Below, in pieces: positions 33,381 through 52,960 of a stretch of DNA of 64,000 nucleotides. Origin of the DNA: Klebsormidium nitens (Eukaryota > Plantae > Klebsormidiophyceae); NCBI GenBank assembly GCA_000708835.1, contig DF237335.1, positions 1 through 64,000 on the forward strand. The letters run 5' to 3'. Each line of letters begins with the position of its first letter. The stretch's first letter is position 1. Position numbers and translations under genes: made by a program. The notes beneath the pieces are model-generated. The model did not search any database, had not been told where the DNA came from, and saw only the letters and a program-made list of their open reading frames with translations.

Positions 33381-34091
33381 TTAAGCATTTGTCACGTATA
33401 TGCCCGCTATAGCTAGGAAATTCGTATTCTGATCGTGCAATTTCCCCGCTTTTGCCCTTTCTATGTCTTATATGCATGTCGTACAATGCTAGGATTATCC
33501 ACGCGCGGGGGAGCACTACGGAGGACTTTCTGGCGGCCAAAAGCGCCTCAATCATCGATCCTGGCCATGCCATATATACCGCGATGGTCTGCATGATCGT
33601 CCATGCATGAATGGTCATGATCCATGCGAACCGGCGGTCGGACTATGATACGATGGAACTCACATGCGTGCCGCGTCTGCACACATACTAAAAGCCTCTT
33701 AAGTTCCGATGCGGTCACTCAGTGTGACTTGCCGGAAGGACTGAGCTCAGGCAGTCACCGCGCTTAGCTTGCGGACGACTAAAATCATTGCTCCAGAGAG
33801 ATTAACATTCATCATATTTGTAAGAAGCAGGCGAGTCAAATATCCTGGAGTACTTCGAAAGAGAATTCTGCTCTTCAGTTGGCTTGAAGTTACACGCAGG
33901 GAGAAGGCCAGTGAGTCGTTTGGACCGGCCATGTCTTTATTGCTTATGCTGACCATCAACGTACATGCATACCTGCTGGCCGGTGTGATCGAGACATCGT
34001 TATTGTGGGGACACAAAACTGCGACAGAGGACCCAGTAGCCAGAACAAAGCCAGGGGAGTTCAAACCGCGCCTAAATATTATCACTCAACA

Positions 34092-37000
34092 CTAAGCTTG
34101 TAGGGCCTTGACAAGCTTGGAGGCACCAAACAGCGCCGCTCCTCCGGCAACAGTAAGAGCCGCCACTACATACTCAGCAATAACGATGGCACTCGAGTCC
34201 TCAGGACCAAAGTATACAATAGCGGGGCCAGCGGCCAGAACGACCAACGAAGCTAGCAAAAGAGTTCCTGCAAAGAAGAAACGCGTGAGGGCCAGTCCTT
34301 CGTAAGGACCTTTGCAAGGGACGTTGACATGTGTAAGAAAAGAAGCTCTTACACGCCACGACGCACTTTCACATCTAAAAGCAGGCCTCTGCAAATCAGC
34401 GTCAAGTGGTTTAACCATGCAGCTAGTTCTCGACACGAATCAGTTCGAACACGTGAGAAACCAAGAGGCACCACTGCAAACATGCTCTTGCTGGAAAAGA
34501 ACCTCAAAACGACATTGTGCAAGTCTTTCGGATTTTAACAAATCTGCGGGTGACAGCCTGAGTGGCCTGTCTGACAACAGTAGGCGAAAGAAGCGAGAGT
34601 CAGACAGCGTGGTTCGTGACCCTACAAAAATCAAGCGAGAGCCCGGGAGAAACATTCTTACCGGGCAGTTTCCTGTCGGTGACGGCACCCAAGAGCCCCA
34701 AATCCTCGGCCTTGGAGAGCAAGCCGAGGGACTCAATGGTGCTCAAAGTGAAACCGAGCCCTTCCAACGTGGACAGAAGACCGGACTCTTCGGCCTGTCG
34801 ACGCAAAAGTACACAATGTCAGGTCGGCAACTTTCGGTAATCTGCAGCGAAAAGCTCCGAGGAAACGTTGAGCTCGAGACCGTCCATTGAACTGGGGCCA
34901 AGCGAGGTTGTCAGAGTCAGCCCGAGTTGCTTCTGAATGTGAAGGCGCTGATGTTGGTGGTAAACCAGAAGTTGACGAAGGCAGAGCGACAATTCCATCT
35001 CTGACAACAGTTGAGGTTCATATAGTCTAAAGCAAGATTCTTCGGGCAAAATATTCGTATCTGAGTTCTGATTTGAAAAGAAGCTCATAATCTCTCTCTT
35101 ACGGGAGGGTTTTGATGGGCCGTTACAAAGAAAGCATTCTCTGTCGGTATACAGTGAGCAGAAGGGGGTTTGCCGTAACTTCGATGTGGATTTCTGATGA
35201 TAGGAGACCATCATTGAGTTGAGGAGCAACCCTTTACTATAGCGCTCCACGTTCAAAGAGTTTGTTCTTAGGATCTCCAAACTTGAATTGACCACCAAGA
35301 CAGCAGCCACTGATCCAAAGACCTGATCGAGTGCATCTCTTAGTTCAGCAAACAGCAGGTATCTCCACGGGTGTGGCATACGGAGGGGCATGGCAAACGT
35401 GGAAAAGTGTCAAATGATTCTGTACAAGGACCAGACAGCAGCCTTCAGTACTGGACCTGAGATGCTGGAGGAGTACTGCTGACCAGTTCGAGGGCTGCCA
35501 ACCTTTCCTCTACAGTCTCAAAGGAAGTGAATCTGATATTCTGCCGCACATGGAGATGGGAAGGCCGGAACGCCTCAACTTCCCAGCTATAGGATTTGGA
35601 CCATATTGCATGTCCCGATTTGACAAAGATGCTTCGACACCTCTGGAAAGCTGCAAATCCTGCAGCCTTCAACGATGCGAGAAATGGACCGTCTAAAAAA
35701 AACTCGAGTTGGAGCAAACTCAGACTTTGGGGGAAATCCAGATGAGTACGCGCTTCAAGACTCACCTTATGAAACGGATGCAAATCCGGCACCCAGCTGT
35801 GCACCTCACAGTGGAACCACACGAAAAGAGAGATTAGTCCTCAACTCTTGAATGAAAAGAGAGCTGGAGTTTGTGCTCTTTTACACTAACCTTTGTCAGG
35901 AGGCGCAGCTCCTGCACTCTGCTGAGCACCTTCACATCCCCAGAAATATTCCGCTTGTCCCTGATCAGGCCCTTGGTTTCTTTGGGGCCAAACACCTCCA
36001 CAACCTTGATCTGCAAGATGGAACAGAAGATATCATTAGGAAATTCACCGATTCCCAGTACAATGAAGATCCAACTCGCATAAAAAGTCGGGACAGACAC
36101 AACGAAGACGGGGCACTTTGCTCCTCACAACTTCATTCTTGTTCCTCATGCGGCCTTGTTGTTCTGCTGGGAAACCGCATTCAAGTGGCGGCAGAGAGAG
36201 ACATGGGCGTTTCAGCTCTTCAATATTCAAAGGTATCCACTCAATGCTTATGAAGGTCACTGGAGGCACCTGCCAACATTGACGGAGCTCAGTGATGGAA
36301 GTCGGTCATAGGTGATATACTGTCTCCTGGTGGTTCTGGAACCGCACATCGAAACAACACCGTGAAAAGAGGCTGCAGCTGAAGGCGTCTGAGACGAGCC
36401 GCACTCCTGCCACCAATAAGTGCAGAAACTTTGAAACATGCGCATCAAAGTCTTCAGCCAGCAACGTTGGTGAATCGATCATAAGATCTTTTAGAATGAT
36501 GCGAACGCATTGCGTCCTATGTCCAAAGGGCGTTGCTGGCAGCGGCAACCTGCTTGCAAAGTTACCGTTGTAAAACACAGTCATCAGAGGATAAGCAGAA
36601 ACGAAGTAACCTCAGAATCTGTTTCTTTCGTTTTAAGATGCAAATATGGTTTTGATATCAGCTACTGCTGCGCAAAGAAAAAGGCAGCTTGTACTGTCTG
36701 CCAGAGCACACCAGAATAAATCTTTGTTTATGCGAACTCCATTTTAAGGTCACGTCATTATTGGCCGAGGCACCTGAAATTTGCAGACTTATATTAGACT
36801 ACTTGATGAAACTTTCACAAGAAATCCATCCGTATCCACACAATGCAGAATTACACGCATAGATGCAGATTCAGAACATGTCCACAACAGATGTGATAAG
36901 CTATCAGTCAATGCTGACCCCTAAACGAAACTATGGTCAAGCTTCCAATATCTAGCTGCCACTCATAAACAGCCTCCTTTAAATTTTTAAAAGCCGCTTG

Positions 37001-38263
37001 CAGAACTGCCTTTCTAAGTCTTTAACCATGTGATATGAAAATGCATCCTTTTTCACACTCGACGCAGCACTCATTCATTGAAATGAGTGCTCGGAATGTG
37101 GAAACTCCATTCCAAGTTGACAAATAATTTGCGTCTATCAGTCAAGATGGTAATCATCATAGCCTCAGCTGCAGCGCCGACAATGCTGGCCTGACACTTG
37201 TTTGCATGTTCTAGAGGGTTCATGCAAAAGAACCTACTTGCTAGGGTTGATCAATGGGAAACCACACAAAAAGGAAGATGGGAAACCATACAAAAGGTCT
37301 TCCATTTTGTCAACCTGAACAGTAGATGACAGACTGGGTTCAACATGTGTAGCTCAGGCGAACCGAGTGTCTCTTAAGCTGAACCTAGATCTGGCGCAAT
37401 CGGCTCTACCGTAGTGTCTAGAACAGGACTGGCTCAAGAGTAACCGTTGGTCTTGCAGCAGCGCACACACAGCATGATGAGCTCCACGGACAAGATTCCT
37501 TGGGTCATGTAATGTAATCCAGGGTGGAGTCAAGGGCTTGCAGTTGTGCAAGTATGGAGAAAAGATCTATTGCACTGAGGCAAAATATTCAACGGCAAAT
37601 GTGGGCGCACTGAAGGCAAACTATTCAGCTGCAAATGTGGGCCATCGAAAAGCAGGTGCAGCAAAGAAACAATCTCCTCTACTCCTTAGGAAGCTCAGCA
37701 GAGTCCAGGCATGTTCAAGCCAATCCAGACAAGCAATGCTGCTCTGAGATGAGATTTGAATGCAGCGCCCTGGATTCGTTGTTGGTTCCTTTAAGCTGAT
37801 CCCAGATCTGCATGTTCTACATCGAGGGCTGTTGCCAAGAGGCAATGCAGTCACCAGATGCAGCGCCTCCCCTCCCAAGTCTCTTTGGGATACAGACAAC
37901 TTTTGATGAAGCGATAAAACAGTCGTAAGCGACATCCAAAGGAACGAAACGAGTAAACAAGAGCACGAGTCTCCGTACCGCTTTCCTAGGGAGTGACGCT
38001 GCACCATTGGCTGCCGCGCTCGCCGCATTCTTAACAATCTGTGTCCCGCTCTTTTTGATTTGCGTCCCGCTCGCTATCTTCTGGGTGCCGGTGTTTTTCT
38101 TGGGAGGAGCTATCTTTTTAGGGATGACTTTTGTGGCCGCCCTGATGGGGGCAAGCCCTCCTTGCGGGCATGCCAAGATCTGGTCCCCGCCGACCGCCTT
38201 CCTGAAGGCGAAGCCGGAGGGGCTGGCGGCCTGTAGGCTGCTGAGGGCAGCTTGCGACGCCAT
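34092..38263 (-). CDS. RIQ: DUF1118 / RIQ1-RIQ2-like thylakoid membrane protein with plastid transit peptide, ~237 aa
   Basis: Exons 38263-37979, 36010-35891, 34794-34662, 34267-34092 (714 nt, consistent phases). [49 protein letters not shown]...GPAIVYFGPED plus two C-terminal hydrophobic helices match DUF1118. Ser/Ala-rich N-terminus. Confidence 0.88.
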
Positions 38264-38893
38264 TATTCTTCAAGCACGTCCCCAAAAAGCTGGCGGAGCC
38301 TTCTGTAGAGCGCTCACGGAAAGGGAAAGAGAAGTACGAAACAGAGCTCTGAAAGCCACGAAGAACACAATGCGAAGAGAAGCTTTCAGTGTCACAAGCA
38401 AGCGAGCACGATTGAATTGCGGCTATCGCGTAAGAACTTTGTACACGTGGACGCTTAGCATTGCTCGAGAGTTATCCATGCGGATTCGCCGGCGCTTCCA
38501 CACCGCAAACATCCCAGAAGTTTCTGACAATCGGAGCAGGGAATCTCCATTCGACTCTTTCGAGCTTGGCTACGAGTGTGCCGCAGAAAACGCTGACGCA
38601 GCAGCTTCGCGCAATGGCGGAGGTCGACTTCTAGAACTCCACGTTGTTTCAGAAGAAAGGAGCAAAGCAACGTTGCTCATTGAAAAGCTTTTCGGCCTTT
38701 GCAAGGGCAGCATTTTGTTGGGAGGGGAAGGGGCAGTGCTTGCGCAGAGAAGTTGTTTTTCGCCCCATACGGAGTCTGCTCGGTTTTTTGTTGAAGTGCG
38801 GCGGTGGTGGATAGGTCACTGGTAGTTGAAGAGAACTTGTTTGGTTTTCTGGATTGAATCTTATCAGCGGATTTCTTGCCAGCTTTTGGAGAC
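38264..38893. promoter_or_regulatory. Candidate bidirectional promoter (630 bp between divergent ATGs)
   Basis: Start codons of the RIQ-like gene (-, 38263) and NTRC (+, 38894) face away from each other. No TSS data. Confidence 0.55.
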
Positions 38894-44994
<6,101 letters not shown>

Positions 44995-46372
44995 CACCCG
45001 CTGAGTAGGTAGCTGCGGGTTGGAAAGCTAGCGATGTTGAGGTAGGGACACGATTAGCGTCGGCCACTCCAGTGCTATGACAGACTGTACACATAAATTA
45101 CATTTGAACGCGGGCGCCCTGTCGCCCATATGTGCACTTCGATATGTACAAACCTGATGTACAGCCGCGTGTTGTGCAACCAGAGATTTCTTCTACTTCC
45201 TCCTAAGATCGGACGTTTTGGAATCATTTTGTGACTTGCTGATCCTGCATGGGTTGGCTACGCTACTTCTCAGAGTATCAAATCACTTACTGTGAATCGC
45301 TGGAGATGCGGACGGCCGAGGCTATTAACTTCTCGATTGGAGAAGGGCTGCGATTCCACAACTGGCACGAACCCCCGATCTTGTCTTTGTTGAGTGTGGA
45401 CGGCAATCTTTTTTCCAAAGCTTATGTCGTTACTAAATGTGATGTTTGCGCCCTCGATGGTTTAACTCACCCGATCGGAGCTTTTTGAGGACTGAGGATT
45501 GGTGCTTATAGTATCAAATCAACTGTAGGTACGCTTTGCATGCAGGCTGTACGGCAGGCTTTTTCGTTTGCTTCTGCAATTCAATTGCCTTTGAAGGCAA
45601 GTGCGCGGCTTGCTGTTCTTGGATCGCGTTGGCAACTGCGTTTTGAATCAGCTGTGATGGGCCTTTTTGCACTTCTAAAGATGCAGGAAAATAATTTATA
45701 TTATCAGGTTCCAGGACCATGCAGCCATGATTGCCAATTTGAGGTGTGGCCTCAACGATGCTCAGAGAAACAAATGAATCCATGCGCTTCTAAACTCGTT
45801 GCTTCGAGGGCTTAAATGGTTCACGTCAAAGGGCAATCTTGGGTCTTCATTGCCCAAGCGATCGACGTGAATCAGGTCATGTGCCAACCTTGCAAATTTT
45901 ATTTAGAAATCTCGCCTGCTTGCTTTGTCCACCTTGCTAAGTTTCAGTCGCTATCGAGATCTGAGTCGGATGTCATCACCCCAGTTTTCAGCCTTTTGGA
46001 CAAGCGAGCCTGTCGTCTTCCTAACGGGGGAACAATTTTACCTTAGTCATCGAGTAGTCAACTCATGCGCCGCCACTGGCTGACGCAGCTCTAAACTACG
46101 CAGTGCATTCCGTACGTTGCTGTGTGGTTCTTTTTTGCAACTTTCTGTGAGAACTTCGAGTGTTGCATTGTGCGGAGCTACGCACATTATCTCTTTCTAG
46201 GCCGACTTGAAGCCGAGCGTCTTTGACCTACTTCCAGCACCATCGATGTACGTCAGACTTGGAAATGGATGACCGTTGATCAGGACGTTAGCCCTCGGAT
46301 CTGCGCCGTGCAGTGCTGCAATGCTTCGTTTGCCGGCCAACTCGGCATTCGAGACGTTCTGGACGTCCGAAG

Positions 46373-46486
46373 CAAGTCACTTTTAATGTTTAGAAAGCTG
46401 CTATGATTTCATTTTCTGGGCTCCCCCGAAACAAGTCACTTTCAATGTCTGGAAAGCAGCTATGATCTAATCTCTGGGCTCCCCTC
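46373..46486 (+). repeat. 59-bp diverged tandem duplication (intergenic)
   Basis: caagtcacttt..aatgt.t.gaaagc.gctatgat...t.tctgggctcccc at 46373 and 46432. Confidence 0.9.
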
Positions 46487-48499
46487 AGAAGAGTTTGCAG
46501 GTGTCTGAAGCTGCGAAAGATCAGTTTCGGCCTCGCGTCAGACCCATCCGTCACCTGGTTTCTCTCCGTCCGGTTCTAAAGTACTTGGTCTTTTTTTCGC
46601 TGACGCTTTTTCAATACACTCGAAACTTTGAATCAGTAACACATCAGGTGCATTTCTTGATAAAACCCTTAGTTTACGTTTGAGGATGATTCAGGCCTTT
46701 CCCTTCTCGAGGAGACGCAGGCGGATGACCTTCCTAGCTAGTCCTACCCCAAGCTCTTCCGACAGAATCTTGAGCCAAAACCGACTGTGATTGTACTGGA
46801 AGTTTTCCTCTGCTCTCTTCGATCTGTCAACCGTTGGAACAGCTTGAATTGAACGGCCGACAATCCAGTTCAAAGCTTGCGTCGTTCCATTTGTTTGTTG
46901 TATTCGACAGGCAATGAATCACTTTACACCAAAACATCATTTTGGGTTTGAAGCTGCGGCTTGGTATTGAATCTGTTAAGGCCAAAGCTTAAGATTCAGG
47001 AGCTTACAAGACCCTCTGGAACAATTCCGTTTACAAATGGACTTTTCTTTTTAGACAGTTGCCAATTACGTGACTATAAGCCTGAATACTCTTTTTCTCT
47101 GAATCATCCAGCGATCTGCTAATCAAATGGAAAGAACACACTCACTTCAAGCTGCCTGGCGAAAGTGTGCAGCAGCCTTGCGCCCACGTGCTCCTTGACC
47201 TTCACACCTTTGTGTCGAGGGCATTTTGCGGGTCGGTCTGTCATCCTCTCGGTCAAACCATGAGCACTGATTTCGCGTAACCCTCGTAAAAGGGTGGCCC
47301 AGTATCATCATCCAATCGAAAAGTTTCGCCCACGCTGATTCGAAAGCGGGGGTACCGCTCTGAATCCTCTTTCACGTTATCTCGGTACTTGAATTTCAAA
47401 ATTCCATTTTAGATTGGCCGTGACGGAATGACCTCGTGAGGTGCCTCTTCATGAACGGCACAAACCTCTCTTCTTGATGCCAGCTGTGGCCCCGAGTCCT
47501 CTTCTTTGCTAGTGAAGCAGCCGTATCAACCTTTTTCGGAAATTTTCAGGCCTTTTTGGGGAGGGTAGCGACTCTTTTAACGCTTGCGCGCTGAAGGTGG
47601 ATTCATCACCCGTTCAAAACTTGTCTCAGGAGGCACGGTCGACCCGTTCTCAAGTGAGTCAGCCTGAATTTTGTAAGTCTACCAAGGGGAAGGACTGAGA
47701 GCTTGGCCTCTGATGCCGTTGAATGCGTTTGCTGTTTCTCTCGGTAGATGTAACCGTGTCAAATTAAGCGGTTCTCATAAACAAAGCAGGCAGGCCACAG
47801 CCTATTCGGAAGGAGCCCCATGCGGGCTTTTCAAACTTTGTTTGTTTTCTTTTCTCAGACCTTTTGCTCGATCCTCATACTAAGAAGTTATCTGATTCCC
47901 TGTGGCAAGGAAGACATGTCAACCCGGTTTTGCAGGCCACCTGCGACCAGCCGTGTCTGAAGCCACAGTCTTGAAAGAGCACTGAAGAACGTCTCAATTT
48001 TCTTCGTATTCAGCTGCCGACACGACATTCTGAATTGGGACCTGTTAATTTGATTCGATCATCGAGAAATAAAACTGGTGCTAAATCTAACTGACCTCTT
48101 TCCTTTCTTTTCCGGTTACGTCTTGACATTCCAGACCCACAGTGCCCTTCTCCTTCGCATGCTGTTCCAAGTTCTAAGAGCATACTTCTCGTTTCTGTAC
48201 AATCATCCCACCAAGCGAGGTTCAAACGAGACACTTATGCGACTCCGAGATTCCACTTCTATCTTTGAAGCTTATGCTGCAGTTTCTCAAGGTCTTTCAA
48301 TGCCTAGACGCCTTGCGGACGAGGCTCTTGCGAAACCTTGCGCTTCGGCCATTTCTCTCGCTCTCAAATTGCGCGTATCCTGAATAGGCGATGACTGCAA
48401 GTGCGGACCGTCTTGAGGGTCACCTCAAGACAAGATCAACGCGATCAGGACGCTTTTCTGGATTTCAGAGTGCTATAGGAGTTGCACTGTTCGCTAGAA

Positions 48500-51400
48500 A
48501 AACCTTGGCAGTACGCTTTGACCTTATTGGGTTTGCCCCCGTGACGCCTGCGCTGAGTCGGCCTGCAAGTCCTGCGACCGCCCACGTCATGGAAGGACGT
48601 GGCAGTCTGCATCCAAAGTGCCACGTCATGCAAACACCCTGGCGCTGCTCTAGGTCGGACCTCGCGTCGTGGAGCTGATCATTTGAGTCACACCGGGACT
48701 CGCAAGCCGCCCCTGTGTCAGAATGTTAGTCCTGACTTTTTCTTGAAAGGTCGCTGGCACTCAGGTAGCAGCTCGTTCTCCCCCGAACGCTCAACATTGC
48801 TTGATGAAGTGACGGCTCAAAAAACGTGTGTACACTCTGTCATGTCGCCTTTTTGCAACTTAGATCCACGCAGCAAGCTGAACTGCCATTTTCGACGCTC
48901 TCTGTCTTTGTGCACCTAGCTCGTAAACATCTGCGCTTACTGGCGCCCGCATGCGAATCTCACGTGACCAGCAATGATTGCAATTCCCGGGCTGACGTCA
49001 CGACTCCCCTCAGCAGTGTTTATTTGGATCCGGAACAGTGATGCTGCTCGCGATATGCATCAGGGTCTTCGCGCCCCTAGGCATCTACCACTTCGTTCTG
49101 ATTTCTGACATCAACCTGCCCTTACTCAGGTCCTTCGGAAAACGGAACGTCTGCTCTGATTACGGCGATGATCACGACTGCCCATCTGAGATCCCAAATT
49201 TGGGAAAGGAAATGTCTACTCTTCAGTTTGAATCATTTGGTTTGGAGCTAACAATCTGAAAGTTTGCATGCGGATCCGTACGCTTGCCGAGTTTGACTTG
49301 CCCGCCTTCGTGTCATCAAAATCCCGCTCATCCTGGCAGGTAACGTTTAGAACCAGCGAGGATTGCGATATATAGGTCGAGGTTTCGCCTCAACACGAAG
49401 ACCCAACTCTATGACGCTAGCTCTGTTCCTTTGCTGATCGCTATTTGCTTTACATTCGTTTGATTGCCTGAAAACTTGGTCATTGTGATGCGAATCGCCC
49501 CATCATGCAGTCTTTCATCTGCACGTGACGCGGCTTGCAAATCGGAGTTACTTTTCCAACTCGCCCTTTCCCGGGCAGGCTGAAACAGTCTGCTATGTCG
49601 TCATTGCAGACCTACATAAGTCAAATCTGCTGACAAACAAAACCAGTGACTAGTAGCTGCTCTACCCCCGCCAAGGTGACCTTCAAAACAACCGTCCAAT
49701 TCTTACATTCTCAGAATGCGCGCGCTTTTGAACTGCCGCAAGAATCCCCGTTCTTGAAGTGAAGTTTCTGAGTTCTCGAGACTGTCAAGAAGATCATGCA
49801 CCAGCAATGATAGCCTTGTGGCTGTGAGGGATACACTCACGACAGCTCTGTTAGTCTACTTGACGCTGTTGTTATCCGGACCGGCAGGCCATATCAGCAA
49901 AAGTGTCACGACCTTTCAATTGAGACGTCTTCATGCACTGAACGTTGTTTTTCTCGGCTATACGTATCCATAAGAGTCGGAGCGGGTTTGGGCGTTCCTT
50001 TGTTGCCTTTCTCAGCCCGCATGACGCCTTGAGAAAGGCGTACAAGGAAGCCTCGCACGGCTTCGAGGCATCCGAATTTTCCTCGATGGATAACAGTCGC
50101 CATGCCGTTTGACCAACTGATTCCGATCAGGGCAGTCGATTGAGTGCGTCGTCCGCTAGCAGTGAAGCGTTCCCGTATTCCACTTTCTTCGAAGAATCTA
50201 TTTTGAGACCTCTACTCCCGCCTGATGGCTCAGGGTGAGAGTAAGAGGACCTTCACGGTGTGTTTTCTGGTTGGCGAAAATCGGTTGGCTTTTCTCCTAC
50301 GAGTGCCCAACGCTGCTTGGAGTAACCGATCAATTTCCAAAATTGTTGCGTAGAGGCTCTGATGGCAGCTCGACATGCATGACGAATCTGCCGTCAACAA
50401 GCTAGAGCTCTTAAGCTCTAGCTCTCTCTCCCTGCACCTGTCTCGATAAGAAAATGCACTCATCGTTGCCCTGCATGCAAGTCCCACCCGACGAGCAATG
50501 ATTGCAAATCTGCTGGGCTGAGGTCTCGTGCCACCTCAGCCGCTGTAGTGTACCCGACCTGACGCTGCTCGTATCATTATTGGAGTCCACGGGCCTGGCT
50601 TTTCTTTCATCATTGCCCTAAAAAGAGTGTTCTGATTGTGTCCAATATCGCCCCCGTCCTCAACCCGTCCTCAATATCCCAGTTTTTCGAATCATAATCG
50701 CCTATCTCATGAGGCCCCACGTCTTGGGCAGACGCAGGTCTATTTTCAGTCTTGGTCATACTTGTTAAAACTGTCACTCTGTTCCGGATTTTGCCTGCCG
50801 ACGTCTTGGCTTGTTCCGAGATAGTCCTGGCCCGGGGACTTGCCGTCAATGGAACCGCTGCATGGAAATAGAGCCGGCAGTTTGCATGAAAGGTCCTCTC
50901 GTTCCGAGGTGAATGGCACGCTTCGTTGAGGTGTTTGCTCAAACATACGTAACATCGATCTTCGTGAGGCGCGCTTTATAGGAACAGCCTGCCCGTTCTA
51001 GCCAGGTTGTAGTAGAATGAGCGATGATTGCCTCCATATTTTGAAGCTGAGGTGTCACCTCAGTAGCATTTGGTGCGAAGCAATGACGCTACCTCATTCA
51101 TTGTCTTCTTCCAAAGATCTGGTGATATCCGGCTCCCGTTGCTTGATAAGCTGACAAATACAGCTGTAATGGCCCAATCTGCACCAACAAACGGCTTCAA
51201 GTTTCCGTTTAACCTTCCCAGGCTGGCGGGCTCGGCCGATCAGTCCGCAGAGATCAGTGGGTGCACAGTCAGTTCCGAGATCAATCATTTGCTGAGAGAT
51301 CAGAGCTGCGGCAGAAGTCAGCTGCTGCATGACCTCCCGTTGTGGGTCCAACGCCTAATTTCCTCAGCATGTGCGCCGCGTTTTTGATTTTAAGGAACTA

Positions 51401-52960
51401 GGAACCTGTCTTCATATATGTCGAGGTCTCTTTGATTGAGATTGAAAGGAGGTCTCCACCAGCAATGATTGCACCAGTACGAATTGAGGGGTCACTTTTA
51501 GCCATCAGTCTACTTCGTGCGGGACGCAGTCGCTGCTCGGAATCCTCGAAAGCACACACGCAATCGTTCCTGACCGTAATCTTCGCTGGTCTGAAAACCA
51601 GACTTCATGGGACGGAATCCAGCATCTGTGTGCGCTTAGGAGGGCCATTGGGTTTCGTGAGTAGTGTTCCGCAAGGTGTTGATGCGTCGTATTTGAAGTC
51701 TCGGATGCAGTACACACGAGATGCTGCGTAACGCTCGTTCTACGTTCGTCCCAAGAAAGCGGAAAGCGGCACATTTTGCTCGTCCAATGAGTCCTTTCGG
51801 AAGAGCGCTTCATTCAATCCATCTTTGGTTCTCGTGTGGCCATGATAACATTGTGCGTTTCTGGATTCACCAGAAGCTCTGCCTGAGAAGATCTGATGCC
51901 GTAAGCAAGTGCATCACTCGGACATCCAATCCGTATCTTTGGAAGCTCTCCGGCCTTTTTTCCCTACTACTGTTGCAATGTCATCGAAGCGGTACCCACT
52001 TTCTCGAAGGGCTCGTCCATCCAGTGTCTGCCCGAGAGAAATACTCACCGACTTGCTCTTTGCATCCGATGTTCAAGCTGCGGTTCTTTACAAGACGGCT
52101 TCGTTTCCTCAAAACAACTAGTTTCTCGACCCGACTGTAGCTTCTTATCTGGTTTGATTCAGCGCCTCTACCTGGTAAGCTTCGAACGACGTTGGAGGGC
52201 AGCCGGGATAGGCAATCGATTGAGGTATCGTTGTTCCATTACCAAAAGTAGCTCGAGTTTGAAATCTTTGAAGCTGCCCATTGAGGCGAAAGCAGTGCGC
52301 CAGGCAGAAAGTGAGGACGGCCGTTGATCTTGTTTGAACCACGATACTTTTTGCCGCTGATATTCAGGAATTTTGCGCATGGTGCTGAGAGGCGGACTGA
52401 TCAGCCGTGCAAGTCGCCCGCCTGAGTTGGTTTGAAAGGAAAAGCTATCTGGAGACCCACATCACACTCCCCTCCCCGGTAAATTGACGCCTAAAAGGCG
52501 CCAATAAGGCCGTGCCAAGCAGTTGCGTTTGACTTGCTTAGAAACGTTCGCTTCCTGTTTTCGATCTATGGCCCACCTTGAATACTCAGGCATAATGGAC
52601 GCCCGCGAGTCCTGTGCCGACTGGCGTCGCTTTGTCACCCAGGGCCTTAATGATGCCCTTTCAACGCGAAACATTTGCGTTAGTTGGTGCGAATTAAACT
52701 GAACGTGGGCACCCTTTTGGCCCGTAAAAGGCACCAGTCTGTCTGGGGGTAATGTTTCTGATGGCAGAAGCAGGAACCATGATCCCTAAAAGCGTTTGTG
52801 CGACCTATATCGGTCGGCATTTGGCGGTCGTTCAAATCTGATTCAGCCCTGATCTGGTATAGTTCAACCGGGACGCAGCGATGATTGCGCTGCCATTGAG
52901 GCACAACCTCATTGAGGGGATTACCAGGCCGTTTGAAGCTGCGGCGTGGCTACTCGACAT
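48500..52960 (-). pseudogene. Six-copy decayed repeat module (AGCRATGATTGC...TGAGG/CCTCA...GCTGCTCG on +), probably remnants of a repeat-exon gene
   Basis: Copies at 48968-49050, 49801-49870, 50491-50572, 51019-51095, 51459-51539 and 52875-52956. On the minus strand the core reads A-I-I-A with third-position variation. Three copies end in an AG|GT-like donor about 21 codons later. Frames are broken by stops and indels. Confidence 0.5.

Noticed and set aside
34819-35822. 190-aa and 125-aa ORFs inside RIQ intron 2
   Set aside because: No recognisable domain; at most decayed element sequence.
47280-48260. Fragments resembling a BAH motif (ISVGETFRLDDDTGPPFY) and an alpha/beta-hydrolase motif (SLGGMIVQK) on the minus strand
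   Set aside because: Short, flanked by stops and lacking supporting downstream motifs; cannot be supported without an HMM search.
48968-50572. SECIS elements (AUGA...UGA quartets)
   Set aside because: Helix II does not pair properly, there is no apical AA motif, and no upstream selenoprotein CDS.
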